Shown: positions 35,175 to 45,441 of the stretch, in pieces
How positions within the stretch are numbered: the stretch's first letter is position 1
Layout: each line of letters begins with the position of its first letter
Source: an uncultured Lachnospiraceae bacterium
GTDB taxonomy: Bacteria > Bacillota > Clostridia > Lachnospirales > Lachnospiraceae
DNA length: 64,000 bases
Direction: 5' to 3'
Assembly (NCBI GenBank): GCA_947625465.1
Contig: CANQOK010000003.1
Span: 68,316 to 132,315, forward strand
Made by a program: the position numbers and the translations under genes
Notes under the pieces: generated by a model
Told to the model about the DNA's origin: nothing
The model's input: the letters and a program-made list of their open reading frames with translations, nothing else
Databases searched by the model: none

Positions 35175-35711
35175 CTATCTGTTGTATTTACAGTCGTATG
35201 CCAGCAGCGCGCTGATCGTCTTGGAATCCTGTATGGTGCCGGCATAGATCATTTCTTTCAGTTCCTCTATGGAATGTTCCTCGACACGGATAAATTCATC
35301 CGCATCCAGATTCTGTACGCTGGGTTCCAGATCCGTTGCCACATAGATATCGATCTTTTCATTACAGAATGCCACAGCCGTCCGAATGGAGATCAGATAT
35401 TCCAGAGAATTGGACTTATAACCGGTCTCTTCTTCCAGCTCCCGCTTCGCGCATTCCCGGGTGGTCTCCTGCACACTGTAAAGTCCGCCTGCCGGCACTT
35501 CCAGCGTATAACGGTCCAGCGCGTTTCTCCACTGCCGAACCATCAGGATCTTTCTGTCATGCATCACCGGAACCACTGCCCCTGCTCCTCTGTGTCCGAT
35601 AAAATCCCACTCTGCCGTCGTTCCGGCAGGGGTTTCCACATAATCCCTGTAGACGTCGATGATCGCGCCTTTATACAACAATTCCCTTTTCTGCCGCTTA
35701 AATTCTTCCAT
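35175..35711 (-). CDS. NUDIX hydrolase (ADP-ribose pyrophosphatase-like)
   Basis: 178-aa ORF with Nudix box GGLYSVQETTRECAKRELEEETGY. Confidence 0.88.
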   Translation of the reverse strand: MEEFKRQKRELLYKGAIIDVYRDYVETPAGTTAEWDFIGHRGAGAVVPVMHDRKILMVRQWRNALDRYTLEVPAGGLYSVQETTRECAKRELEEETGYKSNSLEYLISIRTAVAFCNEKIDIYVATDLEPSVQNLDADEFIRVEEHSIEELKEMIYAGTIQDSKTISALLAYDCKYNR

Positions 35712-35750
35712 ATGCCAACCTCCGTGCCTGTTTATTTTCTTTTTTCCTTC

Positions 35751-36551
35751 TTATCCTTCCATACTTTTTGCTTTTTCATAGCAGGCGTCCGTCGCCTTCA
35801 TAACCGCATTACGGAATCCATACGCTTCCAGAGCTTCCACGGCTGCAATCGTAGTTCCGCCGGGAGAACATACCATATCCTTCAAAATGCCCGGATGCGC
35901 CTTGGTCTCCAGCACCATTTTGGCAGCACCCATCACCGTCTGCGCCACATATTCATAGGCTTCGGCGCGCGGCATACCGTATTTTACCACGCTGTCCGCA
36001 AGTGCCTCAATAAACATATATACATAGGCCGGTGAACTGCCGCTGGCGCAGGTTACGGTATTCATCAGGTTTTCTTCCACCTTCTTTGCCTTTCCGATCG
36101 CGTTAAAGAGTTTTTTTATCGTATCCTGTTCCTCAAAATTCAGCGCATTTCGGTCATATACGATCCCGGTCATTCCTTCTCCCAAAAGAGCAGGCGTATT
36201 GGGCATCGCCCGCACGATCCGGATCTCAGGGCCGAGTGCTTTCTGCAGATATGCCCTGGTAATCCCGGCCGCAATCGTGATCACTACATGCTGCGGCGTT
36301 ACGATATTGACGATATTCTGGATCACAGATTCAAAAAACTGCGGTTTCACCGCCAGCACCACATACTTCGCCTCATTCGCGCATTCCGCGTTGGACAGTA
36401 CATACTCTACCCCTGTTTCTGCCGATACTTTCTTCATCCGATCCTCGTTGGCGTCCGAAAAGATGATCTCGCTTTTATCAAAAACCTTCAGGGCGCCCCG
36501 CAGCATCGCATGTCCCATGTTTCCCATTCCAATAAATCCTATCTTTGCCAT
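35751..36551 (-). CDS. proC: pyrroline-5-carboxylate reductase
   Basis: 266-aa ORF. KIGFIGMGNMGHAM, ..RAMPNTPALLGEG.. and ..VCSPGGTTIAA.. are ProC signatures. Confidence 0.93.
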   Translation of the reverse strand: MAKIGFIGMGNMGHAMLRGALKVFDKSEIIFSDANEDRMKKVSAETGVEYVLSNAECANEAKYVVLAVKPQFFESVIQNIVNIVTPQHVVITIAAGITRAYLQKALGPEIRIVRAMPNTPALLGEGMTGIVYDRNALNFEEQDTIKKLFNAIGKAKKVEENLMNTVTCASGSSPAYVYMFIEALADSVVKYGMPRAEAYEYVAQTVMGAAKMVLETKAHPGILKDMVCSPGGTTIAAVEALEAYGFRNAVMKATDACYEKAKSMEG

Positions 36552-36630
36552 AGTCTTGTCCTTTCTCCAGTTTGAATCCGGTTATACTTATATTTTGTTT
36601 ATCATAACACATTTTCGGATTTATCTCAAC

Positions 36631-36662
36631 AAAAAAAGGAACAACGGTTACCCATTGTTCCC
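36631..36662 (-). terminator. rho-independent terminator after rny
   Basis: Minus sense: GGAACAA..TTGTTCC, a 7-bp stem extended by 2 GC pairs with a 4-nt loop, followed by T7 (A7 at 36631..36637 on plus). Confidence 0.75.
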
Positions 36663-36668
36663 TTTTTC

Positions 36669-38225
36669 TTACTTTGCATAATCCGTAATTCGGGATTCCC
36701 GGATTACATTGACTTTAATCTGTCCCGGATACTCTAATTCAGACTCGATCTGCTTTGCAATATCCCTTGCAAGCAATACCATATCCGCGTCTGAAACCTG
36801 TTCCGGTACCACCATAATTCGAATCTCTCGTCCTGCCTGAATAGCAAAAGATTTTTCAACGCCCTTAAATGCGTCCGCAATGTCTTCTAACTGTTTTAAT
36901 CTGTTGGCATAAGTCTCTAATGTCTCTCTTCTTGCACCCGGTCTTGCCGCTGAAATCGTGTCGGCAGCCTGTACGATACAAGCGATCAAAGATTGGGGTT
37001 CTACATCACCGTGATGGGACTCTACCGCATTGATAACGACCGCGGATTCCTTGTACTTGCGGCACAAATCCACGCCGATCTGAATATGGGAGCCCTCTAC
37101 TTCATGATCTACGGATTTACCGATATCATGGAGCAATCCTGCCCGCTTGGCAAGCCGAACATCCAATCCCAGTTCCCCTGCCAGTAAACCGGACAGCTGG
37201 GCAACTTCGATGGAATGCTTTAACGCATTCTGACCAAAGCTTGTACGATAACGCATCTTACCTAACAGTCGGATCAATTCCGGATGTATACCATGTACGC
37301 CTACTTCAATAGCGGCATTCTCACCTTCCTCTTTGATCAAGGCATCTACTTCCCGTTTTGCCTTCTCAACCATTTCTTCAATTCTTGCCGGATGGATTCT
37401 TCCATCGACAATCAGCTTTTCAAGAGCAATCCTTGCGACATCCCGCCGCATCGGATCAAAGCCTGACAAAATAACAGCCTCCGGCGTATCGTCAATGATC
37501 AGATCTACGCCTGTCATCGTCTCCAGCGTCCGGATATTCCGTCCTTCACGCCCGATGATCCGTCCCTTCATTTCGTCATTCGGAAGCTGAACAACCGAAA
37601 TCGTAGATTCTGTAACATGATCGGCGGCACATTTCTGAATTGCCGTAATTACATATTCCTTCGCTTTCTTATCCGCTTCTTCCTTTGCTCTCGCTTCTGA
37701 TTCTTTGATTAATTTTGCAGCATCATGCTTGACTTCATCTTCAACAGTTTGTAATAAAAGATCTTTTGCTTGTTCGGAGGTTAAACCAGAGATTCTCTCT
37801 AATTCCTGTATACGCTGCTCATTCAGTTTCGAAACTTCTTCTTTCATCTTAGCCACTTCTTCTTCTTTGGCGTACAGTGCGTTCTCTTTCTTTTCTACGG
37901 CACTGGTCTTCCGATCCAAAGCTTCTTCTTTGGCTAAAACGCGCTTCTCGTAACGCTGCACTTCCGTCCGGCGTTCACGAACTTCCTTTTCCAGCTCATT
38001 CTTCGTCTTGATAGACTCTTCCTTCGCTTCCAAAAGGGCCTCGCGCTTCTTCGTCTCTGCAACTTTCAAAGCATCATCTATTATTTCTCTTGCCTTTGCC
38101 TCAGCAGATCCAATCTGGTTTTCTACAACCTTCTTGCGATAGCTGACTGCCGCAAACCATGTAACTGGAATGGCAATGCATAGTAAAATTACGCATACAA
38201 TAATAGTAATTATACTGCCTGTCAC
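36669..38225 (-). CDS. rny: ribonuclease Y
   Basis: 518-aa ORF. N-terminal TM, long coiled coil, KH motif ([15 protein letters not shown]), and HD domain (..[12 protein letters not shown]..). Confidence 0.96.
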   Translation of the reverse strand: MTGSIITIIVCVILLCIAIPVTWFAAVSYRKKVVENQIGSAEAKAREIIDDALKVAETKKREALLEAKEESIKTKNELEKEVRERRTEVQRYEKRVLAKEEALDRKTSAVEKKENALYAKEEEVAKMKEEVSKLNEQRIQELERISGLTSEQAKDLLLQTVEDEVKHDAAKLIKESEARAKEEADKKAKEYVITAIQKCAADHVTESTISVVQLPNDEMKGRIIGREGRNIRTLETMTGVDLIIDDTPEAVILSGFDPMRRDVARIALEKLIVDGRIHPARIEEMVEKAKREVDALIKEEGENAAIEVGVHGIHPELIRLLGKMRYRTSFGQNALKHSIEVAQLSGLLAGELGLDVRLAKRAGLLHDIGKSVDHEVEGSHIQIGVDLCRKYKESAVVINAVESHHGDVEPQSLIACIVQAADTISAARPGARRETLETYANRLKQLEDIADAFKGVEKSFAIQAGREIRIMVVPEQVSDADMVLLARDIAKQIESELEYPGQIKVNVIRESRITDYAK

Positions 38226-38331
38226 AGGAGCACCTCCTTATTTAATTTTCATTGTACACTAATACAACATAAAAAATTTTATATCTTTTTTCCGTTCCTG
38301 TCAAGAAAATTTCATAAAAAACACGATGCGC

Positions 38332-38955
38332 TTATTCAATTCGCCACCCCAGATACCGCTGCAGGCAGCTTTTGGCCGTTTCATAGGAAAATCCCCGGCT
38401 TCCCAGATAAGCAAGTTCTTTTCGGACCTCATCCCGGCTCAGTTCGGCCGGATCCCGGCGCCGAAACCGCTTCTCCAAAAGGCTCAGGATTGCCGTTTCT
38501 TCGGAATCCTCCGATTCCTCCAGCAGTTCTTCGGCCAGCGGGCGAGGGATCCCTTTTAACAGCAGTTTCTGCTTCATCTGCTTTCTGCTTTCTTTCCGAC
38601 TGTGGCTCTGAATATACTGTTCCGCATACTGTCTGTCGTCTGTAAAACCGTACGTCTCAAGAAATTCCAGGATCCGGGCGACCGCAGAGACCGAATAGCC
38701 GTTCTGACGCAGTTTCCTTTGCAGTTCCGCTGTTGTATAGGCTTTCTGCTGCAGAAGATACAGCGCGCGATCTTTTCCGCGCCGGTACAGGACCGCTTCG
38801 GCTTCCGCCTCCAGACTGTCCGTCCATTCCATCCCGGGTTCCAGCTTCAGACGCCGGACTTCGCCTTTATAAAAAGAAGCATACCATTCATCGTTGAGAA
38901 ATACCGACAGCTTCTGCCGGTCCGCCGGTTCTATCTTACTGATCTGCCGGTTCAT
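38332..38955 (-). CDS. recX: recombination regulator RecX
   Basis: 207-aa helical-repeat ORF immediately downstream of recA, overlapping it by 20 nt. ..[24 protein letters not shown].. is typical of RecX. Confidence 0.85.
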   Translation of the reverse strand: MNRQISKIEPADRQKLSVFLNDEWYASFYKGEVRRLKLEPGMEWTDSLEAEAEAVLYRRGKDRALYLLQQKAYTTAELQRKLRQNGYSVSAVARILEFLETYGFTDDRQYAEQYIQSHSRKESRKQMKQKLLLKGIPRPLAEELLEESEDSEETAILSLLEKRFRRRDPAELSRDEVRKELAYLGSRGFSYETAKSCLQRYLGWRIE

Positions 38956-39964
38956 CCTGACGCTCTTCCGTATTCAACCCGTATTTTTCCCGGACAGCCC
39001 GCTCGATCTCGGCCATAACTTCCGGATTCTCCTGCAGGTATAACTTGGCATTCTCCCGTCCCTGACCGATCTTGGCGTCCCGGTACGCATACCACGCTCC
39101 GCTCTTATTCACGATTCCGAGATCTGCCGCCAGATCCAGCACATCTCCTTCTTTGGAAATTCCCTTTCCAAACATGATGTCGAATTCCGCTTCTTTAAAC
39201 GGAGGCGCGATCTTATTCTTGATCACCTTGACTCTGGCCCGGTTCCCGATCACCTCTCCGCCGGACTTCAGCGTCTCGATCCGCCGGACGTCCATCCGGA
39301 TCGAAGCGTAAAACTTCAGCGCCACGCCGCCGGTCGTCGTCTCCGGATTCCCAAACATAACACCGATCTTCTGACGAAGCTGATTGATGAACACGATCGA
39401 ACAGTTGGTCTTATTGATAATACCGGTCAGCTTCCGCAGAGCCTGAGACATCAGTCGGGCCTGCAGTCCCATATGGCTGTCGCCCATCTCTCCGTCGATC
39501 TCCGCCTTCGGTACCAGCGCTGCGACAGAATCCACGATCACAATATCAATCGCACCGGAGCGGACCATAGTCTCCGTGATCTCCAATGCCTGTTCTCCGA
39601 AATCCGGCTGTGAGATATATAAATTATCAATATCCACGCCGATCGCCCTGGCATATACCGGATCCAGCGCATGCTCCGCGTCAATAAAGCCTGCGATCCC
39701 GCCGCGCTTCTGCACTTCCGCGATCATATGAAGCGCCACGGTAGTCTTGCCGCTGGACTCCGGTCCATAGATCTCAATGATCCTGCCCTTTGGAATTCCG
39801 CCCAGCCCCAGCGCCACATCCAGGCTCAAAGATCCGGTCGGTACCGTCTCGATCTCCATCTTAGCGCCGGGATCTCCCAGCTTCATTACGGCGCCCTTTC
39901 CATAGTCCTTCTCGATCTGCGCGATCGCGGCGTCCAGTGCCTTCAGTTTATCCTTCTTATCCAT
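38936..39964 (-). CDS. recA: recombinase RecA
   Basis: 342-aa ORF. ..[11 protein letters not shown].., Walker [10 protein letters not shown], ..[15 protein letters not shown].. AAGGAG precedes the ATG. Confidence 0.98.
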   Translation of the reverse strand: MDKKDKLKALDAAIAQIEKDYGKGAVMKLGDPGAKMEIETVPTGSLSLDVALGLGGIPKGRIIEIYGPESSGKTTVALHMIAEVQKRGGIAGFIDAEHALDPVYARAIGVDIDNLYISQPDFGEQALEITETMVRSGAIDIVIVDSVAALVPKAEIDGEMGDSHMGLQARLMSQALRKLTGIINKTNCSIVFINQLRQKIGVMFGNPETTTGGVALKFYASIRMDVRRIETLKSGGEVIGNRARVKVIKNKIAPPFKEAEFDIMFGKGISKEGDVLDLAADLGIVNKSGAWYAYRDAKIGQGRENAKLYLQENPEVMAEIERAVREKYGLNTEERQDEPADQ

Positions 39965-39982
39965 ATCTTGTTCTCCTTATCT

Positions 39983-39996
39983 CGAACGAATGTTCG
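39983..39996 (-). promoter_or_regulatory. LexA (Cheo/SOS) box in the recA leader
   Basis: CGAACGAATGTTCG is a perfect GAAC-N4-GTTC palindrome. It lies 12 nt downstream of the predicted -10 and about 18 nt upstream of the recA ATG. Confidence 0.75.
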
Positions 39997-40008
39997 TTTC
40001 CTTGTTTT

Positions 40009-40037
40009 ATGGTAACGTATTTTCATTCAAAAGTCAA
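40009..40037 (-). promoter_or_regulatory. sigma-A-type promoter candidate for recA
   Basis: Minus sense: TTGACT (40032..40037), 17 nt, TACCAT (40009..40014). Confidence 0.45.
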
Positions 40038-40140
40038 CCGTTATTTTCATTAAATGCCAACCGGAATGAAAATGAATTACAGGAAGATGATAGTTCTATT
40101 CTACAACATATTTTCAGTTAGTGCAACATTTTATTTAAAT

Positions 40141-40203
40141 AAAAAATCTGTGCGGCAGATATTCCCGGTCAGGAACATGATACTGCCTGCACAGACTTTT
40201 TTT
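40141..40203. terminator. bidirectional rho-independent terminator after the aminotransferase gene
   Basis: tctgtgcggcag (40147..40158) pairs with ctgcctgcacaga (40083..40095 region; 12 bp with one bulge). It is flanked by A6 (40141..40146) and T7 (40197..40203). Confidence 0.7.
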
Positions 40204-40222
40204 CTATGGAATCGATATCCGC

Positions 40223-41506
40223 TTATGCTTCCAGTAATTTTTCAACCGCCGCGATCCGGACACAAAGCGACAGAACTTCCGTAGCCTCCGTCAGTTCCTC
40301 CGGTGTGGGGAAAGACGGCGCGATCCGGATATTGGAATCCTCCGGATCCTTGCCATACGGATAGGTCGCGCCTGCAGCCGTCAGGATCAGGCCCGCTTCT
40401 TTGCACAAAGCAACCGCGCGCTTCGCGCAGCCGGGCATCGTATTCATGGAAATAAAATATCCGCCCTTCGGATGATTCCAGGTACCGATGCCAAGCGGAG
40501 CGATCTCTCGCTCCAGTACGTTTAAGACCGCTTCAAATTTCGGACGCAGGATTGCCGCATGCTTGCGCATATGGGCCCGCATACCGCTGTAGCTCTGGAA
40601 AAACTTCACATGCCGCAGCTGGTTTAATTTATCGTGTCCGATGGTCTGGATCGTCAGCTGCTTCTTGATAAACTCCAGATTGGCCTCCGACGCTGCCAGT
40701 GCAGCCAGACCGGAGCCCGGAAACGTAACCTTGGAAGTAGAACTGAATTTATATACCATATCCGGATTCCCGGCCTTTTTACATTCTTCCAGAATCTCCA
40801 GAACCACATCCTGATCATCGTCATACAGATGGTGAATACAGTACGCATTATCCCAGTACAGCCGGAAATCCTCTGCCGCCGGCTTCAGCGCTGCCATCCG
40901 GCGGACCGTTTCATCGGAATAGGAAATGCCGGACGGATTGGAATATTTGGGTACGCACCAGATTCCTTTGATCGCCGGATCTGTGGATACCAGCCGTTCC
41001 ACCATATCCATATCCGGTCCGTTTTCATTCATCGGAACATTGATCATCTCAATACCGAACCACTCAGTAATGGCAAAATGCCTGTCGTAGCCCGGAACCG
41101 GGCACAGGAATTTCACCTGATCCAGTTTGCACCAGGGGGTACTTCCCATCACGCCGTGCGTCATGCTCCGGGAAACGGTATCGTACATAATGTTCAGGCT
41201 GGAATTTCCGTAAATTAAAATATTATCTGTCGGGCACTCCATCATCTCGCTTAAAAGCCGCTTTGCCTCAATAATGCCGTCCAAAACGCCATAATTCCGG
41301 CAGTCCATTCCCTGCTCGCCAACCATTTCATGGTCAACCGGCAGGACATCAAACATTCCCATGGAGAGATCCAGCTGCTCTTTTCCCGGCTTTCCTCTGG
41401 ACATATCCAGCTTCATGCCTTTTGCCTTGACTTCTTCATAAGCCTTCATCAGGCTTTTTTGCTCTTCCAACAGTTGCGCTTTGCTCATTTCACCGTATGC
41501 TGTCAT
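40223..41506 (-). CDS. PLP-dependent aminotransferase (class I/II fold, aspartate-aminotransferase-like)
   Basis: ..LDMSRGKPGKEQLDL.., ..NPSGISYS.., ..FSSTSKVTFPGSG.. (PLP lysine context). Start chosen at ATG 41506 (MTAYGEMSKAQ), 7 nt after GGAGGA. The track start at 41551 would overlap pgsA. Confidence 0.75.
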   Translation of the reverse strand: MTAYGEMSKAQLLEEQKSLMKAYEEVKAKGMKLDMSRGKPGKEQLDLSMGMFDVLPVDHEMVGEQGMDCRNYGVLDGIIEAKRLLSEMMECPTDNILIYGNSSLNIMYDTVSRSMTHGVMGSTPWCKLDQVKFLCPVPGYDRHFAITEWFGIEMINVPMNENGPDMDMVERLVSTDPAIKGIWCVPKYSNPSGISYSDETVRRMAALKPAAEDFRLYWDNAYCIHHLYDDDQDVVLEILEECKKAGNPDMVYKFSSTSKVTFPGSGLAALAASEANLEFIKKQLTIQTIGHDKLNQLRHVKFFQSYSGMRAHMRKHAAILRPKFEAVLNVLEREIAPLGIGTWNHPKGGYFISMNTMPGCAKRAVALCKEAGLILTAAGATYPYGKDPEDSNIRIAPSFPTPEELTEATEVLSLCVRIAAVEKLLEA

Positions 41507-41537
41507 GGTCATTCCTCCCAGTGTCTCATATCTTTCC

Positions 41538-42080
41538 TTATTTTTTTTCATCCTTTAAAACGTGTTTGTTCTTCAGCAGATAATCCATCATTGAAATGAT
41601 CGTCAGCGCCAGGGAAACATAGATCAGGATCTGTTCGATCACTTCAAAGAATGTCCCCGGGAAATCCAGGATCAGAACGATGATCATTACCATCTGTATC
41701 GTTGTTTTCCATTTGCCCCACCAGCTTGCCGCCAGCACCTGACCGCAGTCCGCCGCCACCAGACGCAGTCCGCTGACGATAAACTCCCGGCTGATAATGA
41801 TAATTACGATCCAGACCGGTATCTTAACGCCTGATAAGCAGATCAGCGCCGCGCCCACCAGCAGTTTATCCGCTAACGGATCCATAAATTTACCGAAATT
41901 GGTAACCAGATTGTATTTTCTGGCAATATTGCCATCCAACAGATCTGTCAGGCTGGCAACGATAAAGATCAAAACCGCGATATAGCGGTCTGCCGTACCA
42001 AACAGGTCTGCCAGCATAAATAATACAAAAAACGGGATCAGACACACTCTCATAACCGTCAGTTTATTTGGTAAATTCAT
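41538..42080 (-). CDS. pgsA: CDP-diacylglycerol--glycerol-3-phosphate 3-phosphatidyltransferase
   Basis: 180-aa membrane ORF with the CDP-alcohol phosphatidyltransferase motif DGNIARKYNLVTNFGKFMDPLADK. Confidence 0.92.
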   Translation of the reverse strand: MNLPNKLTVMRVCLIPFFVLFMLADLFGTADRYIAVLIFIVASLTDLLDGNIARKYNLVTNFGKFMDPLADKLLVGAALICLSGVKIPVWIVIIIISREFIVSGLRLVAADCGQVLAASWWGKWKTTIQMVMIIVLILDFPGTFFEVIEQILIYVSLALTIISMMDYLLKNKHVLKDEKK

Positions 42081-42097
42081 ATGTGATACTCCTTTTC

Positions 42098-43444
42098 TTA
42101 TCTGCTTGTTTCTAATTCATCCACCGGGATTCCGATCAGATCATAGTCTGCCGAGCCGGTTACTTCCACGGCGATCATGTCTCCCGTCAGCAGTTCTTTC
42201 GATGTCTGCACAAACAGACTGCCGTCTACGGAAGGCGCGTCCATATAAGTCCTGCCGATATAGGCATGCTCGTCTGCCAGTTTTCCTTCTATCATTACCA
42301 GAAAACGCTGTCCGATCAGTTCTTCTCCCCGGGCAAAAACGATCTCCTGCTGCAGTTCCATGATCGCATCCCTTCTGGCTTCCCGGACTTCTTCCGGAAT
42401 CTGATCCGGCATCTCTGCCGCCGGCGTATTTTCTTCCTCCGAATAAGGAAAAACGCCCAGACGTTCAAATTCCATTTCATCTACAAACTGCAGGACCTCT
42501 GCATGATCCTCTTCGCTCTCCCCGGGAAATCCGGAGATCAGTGTCGTCCGCAGCACGATATCCGGGATCCGTTCCCGCAGTTTACCGATGACCGCGCGCA
42601 GCTGCTTCTGGTCCGTTCTGCGTCCCATTCGTTTTAAGACCGCGTCGCTGGCATGCTGGATCGGAATATCCAGATAATGACAGATCTTTTTTTCTTCCGC
42701 GATCACATCGATCAGTTCATCGGTGATCTCTTCCGGATAACAGTATAAAATACGGATCCATACCAGTCCGTCAATCCGGCACAATTCCCGGAGCAGTCGG
42801 GGCAGCTGTTTATTGCCGTACAGATCCGTACCGTAAAGCGTGGTTTCCTGCGCCACCAGGATCAGTTCCCTGACGCCCTGCGACGCCAGATTTTTCGCTT
42901 CTGCGAGAAGTTCCTCCATCGGAACGCTCCGATAGCCTCCCCGGACGCCCGGGATAGCACAATATGTACAGTGCTTGTCGCAGCCCTCGGCAATTTTTAA
43001 ATACGCATAATAGCCGCCGGTCGTTACGATCCGCTTTCCCGCGGAGAGCGGCAGCCGGTTCAGATCGGCAAATGCCTCGCCCCTGCCCTTTTTCAGGGTC
43101 TCCGTAATCACCTGCCAAATGGCGTCAAAAGCACTGGTTCCCACCAGGCCGTCCACTTCGGGGATCTCTTCCCGGATCTCCTTCCGGTAGCGCTGAGCCA
43201 GACAGCCTGCGGCGATCAGGACCTTACACCGGCCGGTCTCCTTTAACCTGGCCATTTCAAGAAGCGTATTGATGCTCTCTTCCTTGGCATCGTGAATAAA
43301 GCAGCAGGTATTGACAATAATGATATCCGCCTCCTGCTCGTCGTCCGTAAAGGTATAGCCGCGGTCGTAAAGCTGTCCCAGCATCTTCTCCGAATCCACC
43401 AGATTCTTATCGCATCCAAGCGAAATAAATAAAATATTCATCAT
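42098..43444 (-). CDS. rimO: ribosomal protein S12 methylthiotransferase
   Basis: 448-aa ORF. MTTase N-domain (FISLGCDKNLVDSE), radical-SAM CDKHCTYCAIP, and a C-terminal TRAM domain. Confidence 0.9.
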   Translation of the reverse strand: MMNILFISLGCDKNLVDSEKMLGQLYDRGYTFTDDEQEADIIIVNTCCFIHDAKEESINTLLEMARLKETGRCKVLIAAGCLAQRYRKEIREEIPEVDGLVGTSAFDAIWQVITETLKKGRGEAFADLNRLPLSAGKRIVTTGGYYAYLKIAEGCDKHCTYCAIPGVRGGYRSVPMEELLAEAKNLASQGVRELILVAQETTLYGTDLYGNKQLPRLLRELCRIDGLVWIRILYCYPEEITDELIDVIAEEKKICHYLDIPIQHASDAVLKRMGRRTDQKQLRAVIGKLRERIPDIVLRTTLISGFPGESEEDHAEVLQFVDEMEFERLGVFPYSEEENTPAAEMPDQIPEEVREARRDAIMELQQEIVFARGEELIGQRFLVMIEGKLADEHAYIGRTYMDAPSVDGSLFVQTSKELLTGDMIAVEVTGSADYDLIGIPVDELETSR

Positions 43445-43752
43445 TCTGCTTCAGCCGTATCCGCTGCGTCCGCTGTTTCTTCGGTTTCTGCTTCCACAGC
43501 CTCTGCCGTTTCCGCTTCTTCCTCTTCCGGTAAAATACGGATCTTGCCGTCATACAGCTCCTCTACCGCCATAGACAACGGTTTCTTGCGCGCCTTAAGC
43601 GGAGTTGACGCGTCAGAACCGGCAACGATCTGCCTTGCACGCTTCGCCGTGGCGATCACGATGGAATACCGGCTGTTTACAACTTTTTCGTGGCCTTCCT
43701 CTACCTCACTGTTTACTACCTTCATTAAATCTGAATAAGACGGATGTAACAT
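43441..43752 (-). CDS. rpoZ: DNA-directed RNA polymerase subunit omega
   Basis: 103-aa ORF. ..NSRYSIVIATAKRARQI.., with an acidic tail. Positioned between gmk and rimO. Confidence 0.88.
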   Translation of the reverse strand: MLHPSYSDLMKVVNSEVEEGHEKVVNSRYSIVIATAKRARQIVAGSDASTPLKARKKPLSMAVEELYDGKIRILPEEEEAETAEAVEAETEETADAADTAEAE

Positions 43753-43767
43753 CTGTGCTTCCTCCTT

Positions 43768-44382
43768 TTAATATATGCTCAGTTCCTGCCTGATCTTATC
43801 AATAAACGCTTTCTGCTGAGAAATCCGGTCGTGCTGCTTCTGGATCAGACCGTGCAGTTCGTCTACACAGGTCTCCAGCGCATCATTAACAACCAGATAA
43901 TCATATTGTTCCATGATCCCGGCCTCTTCTTTGGCTCTCGCCATCCGTTTGGCGATCACGTCTTCCGTTTCTGTCTGCCGCCCCCGCAGCCTTGCTTCCA
44001 GTTCCAACATAGACGGCGGCGTAATAAATACCAGCACCGCATCCGGGATCTGGGCTTTTACCTTCAGCGCGCCCTGCACCTCGATCTCCAGCAAAACATC
44101 TTTTCCTGCCTGCAGCTGCTGTTCCACATAACTCTTCGGAGTCCCGTAAAAATTACCGCAGTAATTGGCATATTCGATCAATTCGCCCTTCGCGATCATA
44201 TCCGAAAACGCGTCCGGAGTCTTAAAAAAATAAGAAACTCCTTCCTGCTCTCCTTCTCTCGGCTGCCTGGTCGTCGCGGAAACAGACAGCGCGTAATTGT
44301 CATATTTTTCCAGCAGGCGCTTCATAACGGTTCCTTTGCCCGCGCCGGAAAATCCGGATACTACTACTAAACTACCCTGCAT
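43768..44382 (-). CDS. gmk: guanylate kinase
   Basis: 204-aa ORF. VVSGFSGAGKGT, ..SATTRQPREGE..G..YFF. Confidence 0.95.
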   Translation of the reverse strand: MQGSLVVVSGFSGAGKGTVMKRLLEKYDNYALSVSATTRQPREGEQEGVSYFFKTPDAFSDMIAKGELIEYANYCGNFYGTPKSYVEQQLQAGKDVLLEIEVQGALKVKAQIPDAVLVFITPPSMLELEARLRGRQTETEDVIAKRMARAKEEAGIMEQYDYLVVNDALETCVDELHGLIQKQHDRISQQKAFIDKIRQELSIY

Positions 44383-44397
44383 CTCTCTCCTCCGTAA

Positions 44398-45279
44398 CTA
44401 TTCCACATTCTGCACCTGTTCGCGGATCTTCTCGATACAGGTCTTTAAATCGATCCCGCAGTTAGTGATCTCCAGATCATTCGACTTGGAGAGAATGGTA
44501 TTGGCCTCGCGGTTCATCTCCTGCGCGATAAAATCCAGTTTTCTGCCGATATCCGTACCGTGCTCCAGCGTGTCCCGCATGGTCTTAACGTGACTGGAAA
44601 GCCTTACCAGTTCTTCATCCACGCATATCTTATCCGCGTAGATAGTAACTTCCATGGCGATTCGGCTGTCGTCGATCTGCGTATCCTGCAGGAGTTCTTC
44701 AATCCGGTCCGTCAGTTTTCCGCGATATTCCGCAATGATCTTCGGACTCCGCTCCGTGATAAAATCCACATAAGTCTGAAGCTCTGTCAGTTTATCCAGC
44801 AGATCCGCCTTTAACTGAACGCCCTCCTGGATCCTGGTCTCTTCAAACCGTCTGCACGCTTCTTCCAGAACCGCTTTCATTTTCGGAACGACTGCCTCGA
44901 CATCCTGTTCGGTCTCCCTGGCTATGATCACGTCCGGCGAAAACGCCAGTTTTGAAAGTGTCATATCATCTGGTATTTCCGGAGCCGTTTCTTTCATCCG
45001 GTCAAAAATCTCCATATAGGATCTGGCTAACTGTTCATTGTACTGCAGGCTGATATCCCGCTCTTCCAGTTCTTCATAATACAGGAATACGTCTATCTTC
45101 CCTCTGGACGCGTACTGCTTTACCACAGAACGAAATACACTTTCATACGCATTCAGTTTCTTCGGCATCTTCAGACTCATATCCAAGAACCGATGATTGA
45201 CAGAACGGATCTCCACACGCAGCCGGAGCGTCTCATCCAGACTTTCACAGCGGCCGAATCCCGTCATACTTTTTATCAT
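44398..45279 (-). CDS. yicC: YicC family stress-induced protein
   Basis: MIKSMTGFGR..E.RSVNHRFLD.. and C-terminal ..REANTILSKS..IREQVQNVE. Start moved to ATG 45279, preceded by AGGAGGA. Confidence 0.9.
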   Translation of the reverse strand: MIKSMTGFGRCESLDETLRLRVEIRSVNHRFLDMSLKMPKKLNAYESVFRSVVKQYASRGKIDVFLYYEELEERDISLQYNEQLARSYMEIFDRMKETAPEIPDDMTLSKLAFSPDVIIARETEQDVEAVVPKMKAVLEEACRRFEETRIQEGVQLKADLLDKLTELQTYVDFITERSPKIIAEYRGKLTDRIEELLQDTQIDDSRIAMEVTIYADKICVDEELVRLSSHVKTMRDTLEHGTDIGRKLDFIAQEMNREANTILSKSNDLEITNCGIDLKTCIEKIREQVQNVE

Positions 45280-45380
45280 AGCCTTCTGTCCTCCTATCCG
45301 GCGGTCATTCCGAGCGCCGGGATTTCTTGACATACTGAATTATTATAAATCAATTCTGATCTGCCGTCAATATATTTGAG

Positions 45381-45409
45381 TTGACGAATTTGTGTTTTCC
45401 GCTTACAAT
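45381..45409 (+). promoter_or_regulatory. sigma-A-type promoter candidate for rqcH
   Basis: TTGACG (45381..45386), 17 nt, TACAAT (45404..45409), 32 nt upstream of the ATG at 45442. Confidence 0.5.
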
Positions 45410-45441
45410 AAGGAAAGACTTTATCGGAATCGGAGGCATTT

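Noticed and set aside
35151-36035. 294-aa plus-strand ORF
   Set aside because: It is entirely antisense to the well-supported NUDIX and proC genes. Its composition is Arg/His/Phe-rich and typical of reverse-frame translation, and it has no SD.
40054-40284. 76-aa plus-strand ORF in the recA / aminotransferase intergenic region
   Set aside because: It reads straight through a strong bidirectional terminator and into the aminotransferase 3' end. It has no SD.
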